Source of the DNA: a bacterium
Lineage (GTDB): Bacteria; Patescibacteriota; Minisyncoccia; Phycocordibacterales; SBAW01
Length of the DNA: 64,000 nt
Direction of reading: 5' to 3'
NCBI GenBank assembly: GCA_005239955.1
Contig: SBAW01000011.1
Coordinates: 6,924-70,923 of the forward strand
Shown: positions 19,822 to 30,484 of the stretch, piece by piece
Numbering within the stretch: the first letter of the stretch is position 1
Layout: each line of letters begins with the position of its first letter
Notes under the pieces: model-generated
The model's input: only the letters and a program-made list of their open reading frames with translations
What the model was told of the DNA's origin: nothing
Databases searched by the model: none
Translations under genes and position numbers: made by a program

Positions 19822-19862
19822 GGGTTACTATTCCTATCCTATAGGATTAAAATAGTAACCTT
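19822..19862. terminator. bidirectional hairpin GTTACTATT…(ATCCTATAGGAT)…AATAGTAAC between convergent pgk and HIT
   Basis: Nested inverted repeats read directly. Confidence 0.5.
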
Positions 19863-19885
19863 CTTTCGCAACTGTACCCACTCGA

Positions 19886-20266
19886 TTATCTGAGAGCTGC
19901 ACGCAACTTTTCGGCGTTTCTGGCGAAATCTTTTTTGTCACCAACGTCGCCCTTCGTCCACGGAGAGGGGAAGAGCCACACATGCGCATGGTGGACTTCG
20001 TCGCCCATGATGCGGCTTACCACTGACTCGTTATCAAATGCCTTCTGCTGTGCTCTCGCTATTCTTTGCACAACCCTAAAATAGTCGCCAATATCCGGGT
20101 AGTCCCATACCCATCGGTAATGTTCCTTCGGGATCACTTGTACGTGGCCAGCCGATTGTGGATTGATATCGAGGAATGCCACAAAACGCTCATCTTCGTA
20201 AACCTTGTAAGAAGGTAGATCGCCTCGAACGATCTGACAAAATACGCAGTTCGTTTCGCTCGTCAT
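19886..20266 (-). CDS. HIT-family (histidine triad) hydrolase
   Basis: HVQVIP… and C-terminal HHAHVWLFP histidine triad. Confidence 0.85.
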   Translation of the reverse strand: MTSETNCVFCQIVRGDLPSYKVYEDERFVAFLDINPQSAGHVQVIPKEHYRWVWDYPDIGDYFRVVQRIARAQQKAFDNESVVSRIMGDEVHHAHVWLFPSPWTKGDVGDKKDFARNAEKLRAALR

Positions 20267-20280
20267 GCTACGATTTTAGC

Positions 20281-21999
20281 ATGGCAACCTATCAGCTTCG
20301 CGACGCGCCTTCAATTGATGCACTCGCGGAGCTTCAAGAGTACCCACCGCTTCTTGCGCACCTCCTTGCGATACGCGGTGTCAACAAAAAGACAGACGCC
20401 GAGGATTTCCTCAATCCTTCCTACGAGTCGCATATTCACGACCCATTCCTTATGCCGGACATGGAAAAGGCGGTGGAGCGAATTCTTTCTGCGATGGAGA
20501 AGCGGGAGCGCATCGTTATCTGGAGCGACTACGACTGTGACGGCATTCCCGGCGGGGCGCTTCTCCATGACTTTTTTAAGAAGGTCGGTTATCTCAATTT
20601 CCGCAACTACATCCCGCATCGCCACACGGAAGGCTATGGACTCAATGTCGCGGGATTAGAAAAACTTGCGGAAGAAGAAACGAAGCTCATCATCACCGTT
20701 GATTCAGGCATTACCGATGTTACCCCGGTTGAGCGTGCACACGAACTCGATATCGATGTGATCGTGACCGACCATCACCTTCCTGGCCCCACCCTTCCTG
20801 ACGCGTATGCGGTCATTAATGTGAAGCGTACCGATAGTACGTATCCGTTTGATGGACTCTGTGGCGCGGCAACCGCATGGAAGCTTGTCGTTGCGCTCGT
20901 CATGCGCGGAAAGGATCGGATGGGATGGAATATCCCCGTTGGTTGGGAGAAATGGCTTCTCGATTTAGCAGGGCTCGCGACCATCGCCGACATGATGCCG
21001 CTTGTTGGCGAGAATCGCGCGCTCGCGCATTTCGGACTCAAGGTAATGCGGAAAGGCCGTCGGGCGGGGTTACGAGAACTCCTCGGTGTTACCCGGACAA
21101 ATGTCCCCAATCTCTCGGAAGATGATATTGGTTTTACGGTTGCGCCACGCATCAATGCGGCCTCGCGCATGGATACGCCGGAAGATGCGTTCGAACTTTT
21201 AACAACCACTGATAGTGTACGCGCAAAGACGCTCGCCACGCACCTCAATAAAATCAACGATCAGCGTAAAGGTGTGGTCGCAGCAACCGTCAAAGAGATC
21301 AAGCACAAAGTCCGCGCTGGAGAAGAGAAGCCGCTCATCGTGATGGGGAACCCCGCGTGGCGTCCCGGCCTTTTGGGACTTGCCGCGAACTCAGTCGTTG
21401 AAGAATTCAACCGCCCCGTGTGTCTCTGGGGCAGGGAAGGCGGGGATATTATCAAAGGCTCATGTCGTTCGGACGGAAGTGTAAATGTCGTTGAACTGAT
21501 GAGTGTTGCGCGCGATGTCTTCATTGATTTTGGTGGCCACAAATTCTCTGGAGGCTTTTCCGTAACGCACGAGAATGTGCACCTCCTTGAAGAGCGGCTC
21601 ACGATAGCCTATGCGGAGGTAAAAATGCGCGAATCAGTCGAAGAGCCAACACCGATTGATGCCACGATGACGCTCGATGAGGTAACTGACGCGACCTATC
21701 GCTCCATTGAGAAGCTCGCACCCTTCGGCGAAGGAAATCCAAAACCACTCTTTCTCTTTGAAAATGTCACCGTTGAATCAGTGCGACAATTTGGAAAAGA
21801 CAATAATCACCTCGAACTTATCTTCGCTCGCGAGAATAGTCGACCAGTAAAAGCCATCGCATTTTTCGCGACGCCAGGTACCTACGACGTTGAGCTTCTG
21901 CCGGGGAAGAAAGTAAATCTTATTGCCAACTTCGAACGGTCGTTCTTTATGAATCGTCCGGAACTCCGGTTGCGGATCGTTGATATGATGGCCCCATGA
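20281..21999 (+). CDS. recJ: single-stranded-DNA-specific exonuclease RecJ (DHH/DHHA1)
   Basis: DHH motifs (DYDCDGI, DHH at …VTDHHLPG), DHHA1 C-terminal domain. Confidence 0.8.
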   Translation: MATYQLRDAPSIDALAELQEYPPLLAHLLAIRGVNKKTDAEDFLNPSYESHIHDPFLMPDMEKAVERILSAMEKRERIVIWSDYDCDGIPGGALLHDFFKKVGYLNFRNYIPHRHTEGYGLNVAGLEKLAEEETKLIITVDSGITDVTPVERAHELDIDVIVTDHHLPGPTLPDAYAVINVKRTDSTYPFDGLCGAATAWKLVVALVMRGKDRMGWNIPVGWEKWLLDLAGLATIADMMPLVGENRALAHFGLKVMRKGRRAGLRELLGVTRTNVPNLSEDDIGFTVAPRINAASRMDTPEDAFELLTTTDSVRAKTLATHLNKINDQRKGVVAATVKEIKHKVRAGEEKPLIVMGNPAWRPGLLGLAANSVVEEFNRPVCLWGREGGDIIKGSCRSDGSVNVVELMSVARDVFIDFGGHKFSGGFSVTHENVHLLEERLTIAYAEVKMRESVEEPTPIDATMTLDEVTDATYRSIEKLAPFGEGNPKPLFLFENVTVESVRQFGKDNNHLELIFARENSRPVKAIAFFATPGTYDVELLPGKKVNLIANFERSFFMNRPELRLRIVDMMAP

Positions 22000-22421
22000 A
22001 ACGCGTAACGATTTATGCGGACGGGGGGGCGAGAGGCAATCCAGGGCCAGCGGGGGCAGGAGCAGTCATTCTTGATGAAAAAGGGAAAGTGTTAAAGGAA
22101 GTCTCTTCTTATTTGGGGGAGCAGACAAACAATTTTGCGGAATACGAAGCAGTGATACAGTCTCTTACTACACTCAAAAAACTCATTCCAGAAAAAGCAC
22201 GTAAAGATCTTCCTGTTGAAGTAAAGATGGATTCAGAGCTTGTTGTCCGGCAACTCAACGGCCTCTATCAAATAAAAGAAGAGACACTCTTTCCAAAATT
22301 TATTGCCGTGCACAACATGCGGGTGAAAGATTTCCCGCGCGTCACGTTCACCCATGTGCGCCGAGAAGAAAACAAAGAAGCTGACCGGCTCGTCAACGAC
22401 GCGATTGATCGCGGATCATGA
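21996..22421 (+). CDS. rnhA: ribonuclease HI
   Basis: IYADGGARGNPGPAG…NNFAEYEAV…KEADRL carries the DEDD catalytic residues. Confidence 0.8.
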   Translation: MKRVTIYADGGARGNPGPAGAGAVILDEKGKVLKEVSSYLGEQTNNFAEYEAVIQSLTTLKKLIPEKARKDLPVEVKMDSELVVRQLNGLYQIKEETLFPKFIAVHNMRVKDFPRVTFTHVRREENKEADRLVNDAIDRGS

Positions 22422-22777
22422 ACACACCCGTCAAATCATTTGTCACAGCAACCACTTTGGCAATCGTCGCGCTTCTCGGCGTTTCGATGTGGTGGCACAA
22501 CACATGGCTTCTCATTCCGTTTCTTATCCTCTGCGGCACCCTCCTCTGGCTCCTTCGGCGTTCGCGCGAAGACATTTACCTCTATTTTTTTGTTGCTGTT
22601 ATCGGACCGCTGTTTGAAATGATCGGCATTGCCGGAGGCGCGTGGCAGTACGCGGAGCCGTCGCTCTTTACCGTTCCGCTCTGGCTCCCGTTCTTGTGGG
22701 GCGCGGCGGCGCTCTATGTACGAAACTTTCTCGCGCTCATTGAACGCCGCGCCCCATCGAAATTCCTGAAGCAATGA
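22418..22777 (+). CDS. small polytopic membrane protein (paralog A)
   Basis: 3-4 TM segments. Similar to the next ORF (…IGPLFEMIGIAGG…SLFTVPLWLPFLWGAAALY vs …IGPLIDVVSGSAG…LLSLPLWSPLLGGLAVLY). Confidence 0.5.
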   Translation: MNTPVKSFVTATTLAIVALLGVSMWWHNTWLLIPFLILCGTLLWLLRRSREDIYLYFFVAVIGPLFEMIGIAGGAWQYAEPSLFTVPLWLPFLWGAAALYVRNFLALIERRAPSKFLKQ

Positions 22778-23091
22778 AAAGAGAAACATACTTGTTTGCC
22801 GGCGCCACAGGCATCCTTGTCCTGGGGCTCACTGTGGCTTTTCTTTTTTCAAGTAACACAACAATCGTCATCGGGGCGCTTCTTCTCACCGCACTTTTTA
22901 TGTGGCTTCTTCAGCCAACGCTTGATGGACTCGCATTTTATCTTCTCATCGTCATTATTGGGCCACTCATTGATGTGGTTTCAGGCTCCGCAGGTGAAAC
23001 GCGCGAAGGGCTCCTTAGTCTTCCACTGTGGTCACCGCTTCTCGGAGGTCTTGCAGTTCTCTATCTCAAAAGCTTTCTCTTGATTCTCTAA
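22774..23091 (+). CDS. small polytopic membrane protein (paralog B, tandem duplicate)
   Basis: See paralog A. Tandem, overlapping stop/start. Confidence 0.5.
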   Translation: MKRETYLFAGATGILVLGLTVAFLFSSNTTIVIGALLLTALFMWLLQPTLDGLAFYLLIVIIGPLIDVVSGSAGETREGLLSLPLWSPLLGGLAVLYLKSFLLIL

Positions 23092-23095
23092 GCCC

Positions 23096-24604
23096 ATGGC
23101 ATCCCGTGGTGTCGGCTTATTCTACGGAGCGGCACTGGGGTTTACCCTCGGCATATTCTTCCGCTCATTTGTTGATGGAGGATTTGCACTTGGAGTTCTG
23201 GTCCTCTTTCTGGGAGCGATTATTGGCCTTCTCTCGTTTCGTGAAAAGCGTGTATTTATCATCGCATTCGTGTTGGTGGGTATAGGAGGAGGGTTCTTGC
23301 GTCTTGATATTGCTGAGTTGCGCGCACCACAAGTTCTTGAGAATCGTGTCGGTGCACGCACCGTCCTTACCGGTATTGTTACCGATGAACCCGACGAGCG
23401 AGGGAATCACACGAAGCTTGCGGTGACCATTGTAAACAATGACGGCAAAAAAGAAGGCAGGGTTCTTGTTACGACCGATGTACATCCGCGCTACGCATAC
23501 GGTGATCGGTTACGCATCGTAGGGGGAATACAACTGCCAAAAACGTTTGAAGAAGAGGGTCGCGTCTTCGATTACCCCATGTATCTGCGAAAGGAGGGGA
23601 TTTGCTGTGTGATGTACTATCCGCAGGTTGAAAAAATCGCCGAAAGTAAAGGGAATGTAATCGTCGCAACACTTTTTAACCTCAAAGATGCATTCCTTGA
23701 GCGAGTCTCTCGTGTGATCCCTGAGCCGCAAAACGCTCTTCTCGCGGGACTTGTGGTTGGGGCAAAACAATCGCTCGGCGAACAATATCTTGAGCTCTTT
23801 CGGCGGGTCGGCATCATTCATATTGTCGTGCTGTCGGGCTACAACCTTCTTGTGGTTGCCCGATTCCTCATGGGGCTACTTGAGAAACTGCGCCCCCCCG
23901 TCAAAACAGGAGTCGGTATGGTAGGAATTGTGCTTTTTGCGATCATGACTGGCGCATCAGCAACAACGGTACGAGCAAGCGCTATGGCGCTCCTCTCGCT
24001 TGCGGCACAAGCAACGTCCCGCCTTTATTTGGTGACGCGTGCGTTAGTTGTCGCAGGCCTCCTCATGCTTATCGTCAATCCGTATCTCCTCGTCTTTGAT
24101 GCATCATTTCAACTATCATTTCTCGCAACGGTGGGGCTCATTTATTTCTCGCCTTATTTTGAACGCGTCTTTTCGTGGGTCCCAAAGCGATTTGCGCTCC
24201 GCGAAATTGCGGCAGCTACTGTTGCAACACAACTTGCGGTCTTGCCGCTTCTCCTCTATCAAACCGGACTTTTTTCGCTCGTTTCGCTTCCGGTCAATCT
24301 CCTCATTCTCCCTATCATCCCCCTCACCATGTTTCTCGGATTTCTCACCGGTATGCTCGGATTTATAAGTGTGTGGCTCTCACTTCCTTTTGCTTATCTC
24401 TCGCACCTCCTCCTTTCATACATCTTTCTTATTTCGCAGTGGTTCAACAAACTGCCATTTGCAGCCTACGATCTTGGGGAATTTCCTCTTTGGGCACTCG
24501 CACTTTCATACGGCGCTCTTGTGGCGCTTGTCGTCTGGAAGCGGAAAATAGTAAGACCAACTACGAGAGCGTCAGAAAACGTTGCTCTGCCACATCCCAA
24601 TTGA
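23096..24604 (+). CDS. comEC: ComEC/Rec2 DNA internalisation channel (DUF4131 + competence domain only)
   Basis: Many TM helices. Core IIHIVVLSGYNLLVVARFLMG corresponds to the ComEC HxxxSGxH region. No C-terminal MBL domain in this ORF. Confidence 0.75.
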   Translation: MASRGVGLFYGAALGFTLGIFFRSFVDGGFALGVLVLFLGAIIGLLSFREKRVFIIAFVLVGIGGGFLRLDIAELRAPQVLENRVGARTVLTGIVTDEPDERGNHTKLAVTIVNNDGKKEGRVLVTTDVHPRYAYGDRLRIVGGIQLPKTFEEEGRVFDYPMYLRKEGICCVMYYPQVEKIAESKGNVIVATLFNLKDAFLERVSRVIPEPQNALLAGLVVGAKQSLGEQYLELFRRVGIIHIVVLSGYNLLVVARFLMGLLEKLRPPVKTGVGMVGIVLFAIMTGASATTVRASAMALLSLAAQATSRLYLVTRALVVAGLLMLIVNPYLLVFDASFQLSFLATVGLIYFSPYFERVFSWVPKRFALREIAAATVATQLAVLPLLLYQTGLFSLVSLPVNLLILPIIPLTMFLGFLTGMLGFISVWLSLPFAYLSHLLLSYIFLISQWFNKLPFAAYDLGEFPLWALALSYGALVALVVWKRKIVRPTTRASENVALPHPN

Positions 24605-25142
24605 GGTTTTTGAAAAATGCCTCAATATAATTTTTCTTTTCTGCCGGCGTGTAGTCAACCATGTAGGCATGCTCCCACATGTCCATGGCAAGGATGACGG
24701 GAAGCCCGGCGAGCTGTCCAAGTTCGTGATCACCCACCCACGCGCTATGAAATTTTTTTACCTTGGGGTCGAAATACAAAATTGTCCATCCAATGCCGCG
24801 CGTCATGCCCACTGCTTTAAAGTGTCCGAGCCACGTTTCAAACGAGCCGTGTTGGGCGCCAAGCGCCGCCTGGAGACGTGATGCATCGGGGTTCACCCCT
24901 TTCTCCCACTGCGAGAAGTAATATTCGTGCATGCGCATACCATCAAATTCAAACGGGAGACGGCGGTGCACCTCGCCAAGCGCGTAGGCATTTTTCTCGG
25001 CATCTTTCATGAGATCTTTCTCAACATCAAGAAGGGTGTTGAGAAATTTCACGTAGCCGCCATAGAGCTTGAGGTGTACGTCGAGCTGCTTTTGCGAGAT
25101 ACCCTCAAGCGCCGGAAGATCGAATTTTTGTTCCTGGTACAT
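24561..25142 (-). CDS. sodA: Fe/Mn-family superoxide dismutase (divergent)
   Basis: C-terminal DMWEHAYMVDY metal-ligand motif, N-terminal LPALEGIS…VHLKLY. The usual first His pair is partly diverged. Confidence 0.7.
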   Translation of the reverse strand: MYQEQKFDLPALEGISQKQLDVHLKLYGGYVKFLNTLLDVEKDLMKDAEKNAYALGEVHRRLPFEFDGMRMHEYYFSQWEKGVNPDASRLQAALGAQHGSFETWLGHFKAVGMTRGIGWTILYFDPKVKKFHSAWVGDHELGQLAGLPVILAMDMWEHAYMVDYTPAEKKNYIEAFFKNLNWDVAEQRFLTLS

Positions 25143-25169
25143 AGTCTCGTAGAAGGTGATAGGTTATAG

Positions 25170-26069
25170 GTGTTAGCAGTATATCAAATGGTCCGAATTA
25201 GGCGTTTCCTGAAAACTTTTGAGTCCTATGCCGCGCTTGTTATTTTCATTATCTTATTCTGTGCCGCTTTTATTATCGCGGTTCACGCATTCGGAAATGC
25301 GGGAAGTGGGAGGCTCGCCGTTGCCTTCCTCGACGTGGGGCAGGGGGACGCGATCTATATTGAATCGCCGACCGGAGTACAGGTGCTTATTGATGGCGGT
25401 CCCGACAAATCAGTGCTCGCGGAACTAAGCAGCGTGATGCCATTCTTTGACCGCTCGCTCGACGCTCTTGTTGTCACGAATCCGGATCAGGATCATTTTG
25501 CGGGATTTATTGATGTGCTCAATCGCTACGATGTCAGCACATTCATTGAGCCGGGCGTAGAAAAACTGTCGGGGAGCTGGGAAGATTTAGAGCGTCGTGT
25601 TGGTGAGGAGGGCGCGGCGCGCGTTGTTGCGCGCCGCGGGCAATCGATTGATATCGGTGGGGGAGCGGTCATTGATATTTTGTTTCCCGACCGAGATGTT
25701 GCGGGTGTCGAGTCAAATACCGGCTCCATCATCGCGCGACTGCGCTATGGCGCGAGCAGTGTTCTACTTATGGGCGATTCGGTGAAAGGGGTTGAGGAAT
25801 ATCTGGTGTCACTTGATGGTCCGCATCTTCGAAGCGATATCCTTAAAATCGGCCATCACGGTTCGCGCACATCGACCTCCGACGCGCTTCTCTTTGCCGC
25901 GACACCCGCAATTGCGATCATCTCTGCCGGCAAAGACAACCGCTACGGCCATCCGCACCAAGAAGTCATAGATACACTCAGACGTTTCAACGTTGAAACA
26001 CTTATTACCGCGAACGAAAACACCGTCCTCTTTGAGAGCGATGGTGTTTTGTTTCGAAGAATCGATTGA
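25170..26069 (+). CDS. metallo-beta-lactamase domain protein, ComEC C-terminal domain-like (separate gene)
   Basis: AVAFLDVGQGDAIYIE…DALVVTNPDQDHFAG…LKIGHHGSRTSTS matches the ComEC MBL domain. Confidence 0.75.
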   Translation: MLAVYQMVRIRRFLKTFESYAALVIFIILFCAAFIIAVHAFGNAGSGRLAVAFLDVGQGDAIYIESPTGVQVLIDGGPDKSVLAELSSVMPFFDRSLDALVVTNPDQDHFAGFIDVLNRYDVSTFIEPGVEKLSGSWEDLERRVGEEGAARVVARRGQSIDIGGGAVIDILFPDRDVAGVESNTGSIIARLRYGASSVLLMGDSVKGVEEYLVSLDGPHLRSDILKIGHHGSRTSTSDALLFAATPAIAIISAGKDNRYGHPHQEVIDTLRRFNVETLITANENTVLFESDGVLFRRID

Positions 26070-26072
26070 GGC

Positions 26073-26315
26073 CTAGATAACCCCCGCCTCTTTGAGTGCG
26101 CGATAGGCACCCTTCTTGTTGATGGTCTTAATCCCGCGGGCAGAGAGCGTCAACGTAAAGGTACGCTTTAACTCCGGCACATAAATGCGCTTTTTTTGGA
26201 AATTGGCATGCTTCCGAAGATTGCCGCCAGGGTTAAATTTCGTGGCGCGGATACGGTTGCTGTAGCGACCGCCGACCATCGAGCTTTGTTTGGTGATGGG
26301 ACAGATTTTGGCCAT
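26073..26315 (-). CDS. rpmB: 50S ribosomal protein L28
   Basis: MAKICPITKQSSMVGGRYSNRIRATKF…RTFTLTLSARGIKTINKKG. Confidence 0.85.
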   Translation of the reverse strand: MAKICPITKQSSMVGGRYSNRIRATKFNPGGNLRKHANFQKKRIYVPELKRTFTLTLSARGIKTINKKGAYRALKEAGVI

Positions 26316-26378
26316 AGAAAGTACCGCGCATGGTATCATCCTTAAGTACGGTGCGCAACGTTTGTAGAATCCTGCTCT

Positions 26379-27014
26379 ATGGAAATTATTTTTATCGTTG
26401 TCGTCCTCGTCCTCTCGGTCATCATTCACGAAGTCTCACACGGCTACGCGGCTGCGCTTCTTGGTGACCCCACTGCCCGCCTCGCGGGGCGCCTCACCCT
26501 TAACCCCATCCCACATATCGACCTGTTCGGATCAATCCTTCTTCCGGCACTCCTCCTTTTTACGAACTCCGGATTTCTCATTGGGTGGGCAAAACCGGTT
26601 CCCTATAACCCGCACAACCTAAGGTGGCCACACATGGGCGAGGCGGTCGTTGCCGCGGCAGGGCCTTTGGTTAATCTTGCGATCGCGCTTATCTCAGGGC
26701 TCCTTATTCGTGCGAGCGACAGCCTTGCGTTTATTACCCCGGGCACGATTGAGCTTCTTTCAACCATTGTCTCGATCAACATCATTCTCGCGCTCTTTAA
26801 CCTCGTCCCCATTCCACCCCTTGATGGTTCAAAAGTCCTTGCGGCAATCCTCCCGTACTCCCTCGCGAGGGTTTACAACAATTTCCTTCGGTTTGTTGAG
26901 GGGTACGGCTTTTTTGCCGCCATTGCGTTCGTTCTGCTTTTTCTCTACCTTTTTTCGGCTCCTTTTACCGCACTCATTCGTTCCATATTTACCCTCTTTA
27001 CGGGTCTACCTTAG
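26379..27014 (+). CDS. site-2 protease family (peptidase M50) membrane metalloprotease
   Basis: HEVSH zinc motif in the first TM helix, multiple TM segments, LDGS-type second motif (PPLDGSKVL). Confidence 0.75.
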   Translation: MEIIFIVVVLVLSVIIHEVSHGYAAALLGDPTARLAGRLTLNPIPHIDLFGSILLPALLLFTNSGFLIGWAKPVPYNPHNLRWPHMGEAVVAAAGPLVNLAIALISGLLIRASDSLAFITPGTIELLSTIVSINIILALFNLVPIPPLDGSKVLAAILPYSLARVYNNFLRFVEGYGFFAAIAFVLLFLYLFSAPFTALIRSIFTLFTGLP

Positions 27015-27142
27015 AAGTTGCGCCACAGAAGGCTCATATAGTAGAGTAAGCGAGCGCGAGAGCGCGTTTTTCGTTGAAGATTAAGAAGCCGAGAGGCGAC
27101 TATAATCTTCACGACCCTGTTAAATCCTTTCAAATTTGGCAA

Positions 27143-27412
27143 ATGTATCACTATACGTATGTGCTCTTGTCGAGGAAAGACGGCAAGTTCTATACGGGGT
27201 ATACCAAAGATTTGAAAGGACGATTTGAGGAACATCACCGTGGTGGAGTGAAGTCGACTAAAGATCGACGTCCACTCGAGCTTATATACTACGAGGCGTG
27301 TCGAGATCGCAACGACGCTCGACATCGCGAACAGTATTTGAAGACTCATCACGGCAAGATGTTCTTGCATAATCGTCTCAAATCGTATTTAACAGGGTCT
27401 AAGAGCTTCTAA
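27143..27412 (+). CDS. GIY-YIG nuclease superfamily protein
   Basis: YTYVLLSRKDGKFYTGYTKDLKGRFEEHHRGG…YYEAC…ARHREQYLK is the GIY-YIG core. The ORF could extend to 27074. Confidence 0.75.
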   Translation: MYHYTYVLLSRKDGKFYTGYTKDLKGRFEEHHRGGVKSTKDRRPLELIYYEACRDRNDARHREQYLKTHHGKMFLHNRLKSYLTGSKSF

Positions 27413-27442
27413 GCTCGTTTTCGCTCGCAAAGAATCTCTAAG

Positions 27443-27850
27443 ATGGCAACACTCAATCAACTCGTACGGAAGGGACGCAGGTTGGTCCCGACCAAATCAA
27501 AAGCGGTGGCTCTTAGCCGCGGTTTTAACGTGCTTACCAACCGCCCGACGTTTTACCCTAGCCCCTTTAAGCGTGGGGTCTGTACGAAGGTAACAACCAC
27601 AACTCCCCGCAAACCAAACTCTGCTATTCGAAAAATTGCTCGTGTCCGCCTCACCAATGGTCAAGAAATCACGGCCTACATTCCGGGCATTGGGCACAAC
27701 CTTCAGGAACACTCGGTCGTCGTCGTGCGCGGTGGTCGCGTGAAGGATATTAACGTTCGCTACCAAATCGTTCGCGGCAAACTGGACGCCGCACCTGTTG
27801 AGAACCGCAAGAAGGGTCGCAGCAATTACGGCGTGAAAAGAGCTAAATAG
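27443..27850 (+). CDS. rpsL: 30S ribosomal protein S12
   Basis: [12 protein letters not shown]…[45 protein letters not shown]. Confidence 0.95.
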   Translation: MATLNQLVRKGRRLVPTKSKAVALSRGFNVLTNRPTFYPSPFKRGVCTKVTTTTPRKPNSAIRKIARVRLTNGQEITAYIPGIGHNLQEHSVVVVRGGRVKDINVRYQIVRGKLDAAPVENRKKGRSNYGVKRAK

Positions 27851-27853
27851 CCC

Positions 27854-28330
27854 ATGCGACGCAAACTCAAAGAAAAAGAAAAGCGACGCGCCGAGCCTGA
27901 CTTTAAATACGGCTCCGACAAGCTCGAGAAATTTATTAATACCGTCATGAAAGACGGCAAAAAGCACACCGCGCGCATGGTGGTGTATCGCGCACTCGAC
28001 TCTATTAAAGAGAAAGAGAAAACAGAAAATCCGATCGAGGTATTTGATAATGCGCTCAAAAATGTGGGGCCGGTCATGGAAGTTCGCTCACGCCGTGTTG
28101 GTGGCGCAAACTATCAGGTGCCACGCGAAGTGCGCCCCGAGCGTCGCCAAGCCCTTTCCATGAAATGGATTATTGACGCCGCATTCGCAAAGAAAGGTGT
28201 CCCCATGCACGAGCGTCTGGCAGAAGAACTTATCGCCGCCAGCAAAAACGAAGGGGTGGCAGTCAAGAAACGCGAGGATACGCACAAGATGGCAGAGTCA
28301 AACAAAGCTTTTGCGCACTTTGCGTGGTAG
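27854..28330 (+). CDS. rpsG: 30S ribosomal protein S7
   Basis: Follows rpsL. FINTVMKDGKKHTARMVVYRALD… signature. Confidence 0.95.
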   Translation: MRRKLKEKEKRRAEPDFKYGSDKLEKFINTVMKDGKKHTARMVVYRALDSIKEKEKTENPIEVFDNALKNVGPVMEVRSRRVGGANYQVPREVRPERRQALSMKWIIDAAFAKKGVPMHERLAEELIAASKNEGVAVKKREDTHKMAESNKAFAHFAW

Positions 28331-28336
28331 TTATCT

Positions 28337-30484
28337 ATGGAGCGTGATTATCCTCTTGAACGAGTAAGGAATTTCGGCATTATCGCCCACATCGACGCGG
28401 GGAAGACGACGACGTCTGAGCGCGTTCTTTTCTATACCGGCATGACCCATAAGATCGGCGAGGTCCATGAAGGTGAGACGGTGACCGACTGGATGGAGCA
28501 GGAGCGCGAGCGCGGCATTACGATTACTGCCGCTGCCATTACCTGTTTTTGGACACCGACCTATGAAGCCAATAAGACCGACAAGAGCAAAAAATATCGC
28601 TTCAATATTATCGATACTCCCGGACACATCGACTTTACCGTTGAAGTAAAACGCTCACTTCGGGTGCTCGACGGGGCGGTGGTGGTGTTTGACGGCGTTG
28701 CGGGTGTTGAGCCACAGTCGGAAACGAACTGGCGCTACGCCGACGAAGCGCAGGTGCCACGCATCTGCTTCATCAACAAGCTTGACCGCACGGGCGCCTC
28801 ATTTGAAAAATCCTACGCCTCAATTCTTGACCGCCTTTCCAAATACGCGGTTCGCCTCCAGATTCCGATTGGCGCCGAAGACAAACTTGAAGGCGTTATT
28901 GATCTTTTGACGCGCAAAGCCTACAAATTTGAAGGAAACATGGGCCAAGAAGTAATACCCTACGACGTTCCGGAATCCCACAAAGCCGAAATGGAGAAAT
29001 ATCGTGCGGAACTTGTCGAAAAAATTGTCGAACACGACGACAAGATGATGAACGAGTACCTCGAGGGCAAGGAAGCGTCGGTTGAAGATCTCAAAAAAAT
29101 TCTTCGCAAAGCAGTTATCGCCAACAAGATTTTCCCGGTCATGACCGGCTCCGCGCTCAAAAACAAAGGCGTGCAGCTCGTTTTGGATGCGGTTGTCGAC
29201 TACCTGCCGAGCCCGCTTGATATTGCCGCAGTCAAAGGTACTGATCCCAAGACCGGTCTCCAGATTGAGCGCCATCCGTCGGATTCGGAACCTTTTGCGG
29301 CACTTGCCTTTAAACTCCAAGCGGATCCTTTTGTCGGACAGCTTACCTTCTTCCGTGTGTACTCCGGAACGGTAGAGGCGGGAAGCTATATCTACAACGC
29401 CACAACCGGAAGCAAAGAGCGTCTCGGCCGCATCGTGCGCCTTCAAGCTGATAAGCGCGAAGAAGTGAAGAAAGTATTTGCGGGAGAAATTGCTGCCGCG
29501 GTTGGCCTTAAGGACACCCGTACGTCGCACACCCTCTGCGATGAAAACAAACCGATTGTGCTCGAGCAGATTAAATTCCCCGAGCCGGTTATCTCAATGC
29601 GCATTGAGCCCAAGACCAAGGCCGACCAAGAGCGTATGGGCATGGCAATGAAAAAACTTGCTGACGAAGATCCCACTTTTAAAGTTTCAACGGATCAAGA
29701 AACTGCCGAGACCTTGATTGCGGGAATGGGTGAGCTCCACCTCGAGATCATTGTCGACCGTATGAAGCGTGAGTTTAACGTCGAGGCGAACGTCGGGAAA
29801 CCTCAAGTTGCCTACCGTGAGACCATTCAAGGTACTGCGGAGGCGGAAGGAAAGTACATCAAGCAAACCGGCGGGCGCGGCCAGTACGGCCATGTGCGCA
29901 TTCGCATGAAGCCGCTTGAACCAGTGGTAGAAGGAAAGAAAATTGCGAAGAATACGACGCGCGAAGACCACTTCGAATTCATCAACAGCATTAAAGGTGG
30001 CGTGGTCCCGCAGGAATTCATTCCCGCCGTTGAAAAAGGAGTGCGTGAAGCCATGGAGCGCGGCATTGTGGCGGGCTTTAAGATGGTCGATATTTCAATC
30101 GAACTTTACGACGGCTCCTACCACGACGTCGACTCCTCTGAAATCGCCTTTAAGATCGCAGCGTCAATGGCGTTTCAAGATGCTGCTAAAGCGTCGCGCC
30201 CCGTTCTCCTTGAGCCCATTATGAAAGTTGAGATTGTCACACCCGAAAAATTCATGGGGGATGTGAACGGCTCCATTAACGGGAAACGTGGCCTTATTGA
30301 AGGTATGGAAGAGCGCGGACTTGCCCGTGCCATTAAGGCGAAAGTTCCGCTCTCTGAAATGTTCGGCTACACGACGCAACTCCGGAGTATGACCGAGGGC
30401 CGAGCCTCCTTCACCATGGAATTTGACCACTACGAGGTTGTACCACCCAATGTGGCAAAAGATATTATTGAGTCTCGAAAGTAA
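28337..30484 (+). CDS. fusA: elongation factor G
   Basis: G-domain motifs [21 protein letters not shown]. Domains II-V. Confidence 0.95.
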   Translation: MERDYPLERVRNFGIIAHIDAGKTTTSERVLFYTGMTHKIGEVHEGETVTDWMEQERERGITITAAAITCFWTPTYEANKTDKSKKYRFNIIDTPGHIDFTVEVKRSLRVLDGAVVVFDGVAGVEPQSETNWRYADEAQVPRICFINKLDRTGASFEKSYASILDRLSKYAVRLQIPIGAEDKLEGVIDLLTRKAYKFEGNMGQEVIPYDVPESHKAEMEKYRAELVEKIVEHDDKMMNEYLEGKEASVEDLKKILRKAVIANKIFPVMTGSALKNKGVQLVLDAVVDYLPSPLDIAAVKGTDPKTGLQIERHPSDSEPFAALAFKLQADPFVGQLTFFRVYSGTVEAGSYIYNATTGSKERLGRIVRLQADKREEVKKVFAGEIAAAVGLKDTRTSHTLCDENKPIVLEQIKFPEPVISMRIEPKTKADQERMGMAMKKLADEDPTFKVSTDQETAETLIAGMGELHLEIIVDRMKREFNVEANVGKPQVAYRETIQGTAEAEGKYIKQTGGRGQYGHVRIRMKPLEPVVEGKKIAKNTTREDHFEFINSIKGGVVPQEFIPAVEKGVREAMERGIVAGFKMVDISIELYDGSYHDVDSSEIAFKIAASMAFQDAAKASRPVLLEPIMKVEIVTPEKFMGDVNGSINGKRGLIEGMEERGLARAIKAKVPLSEMFGYTTQLRSMTEGRASFTMEFDHYEVVPPNVAKDIIESRK

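Noticed and set aside
28820-29530. 236-aa - strand ORF inside fusA
   Set aside because: Antisense to EF-G; no independent evidence.
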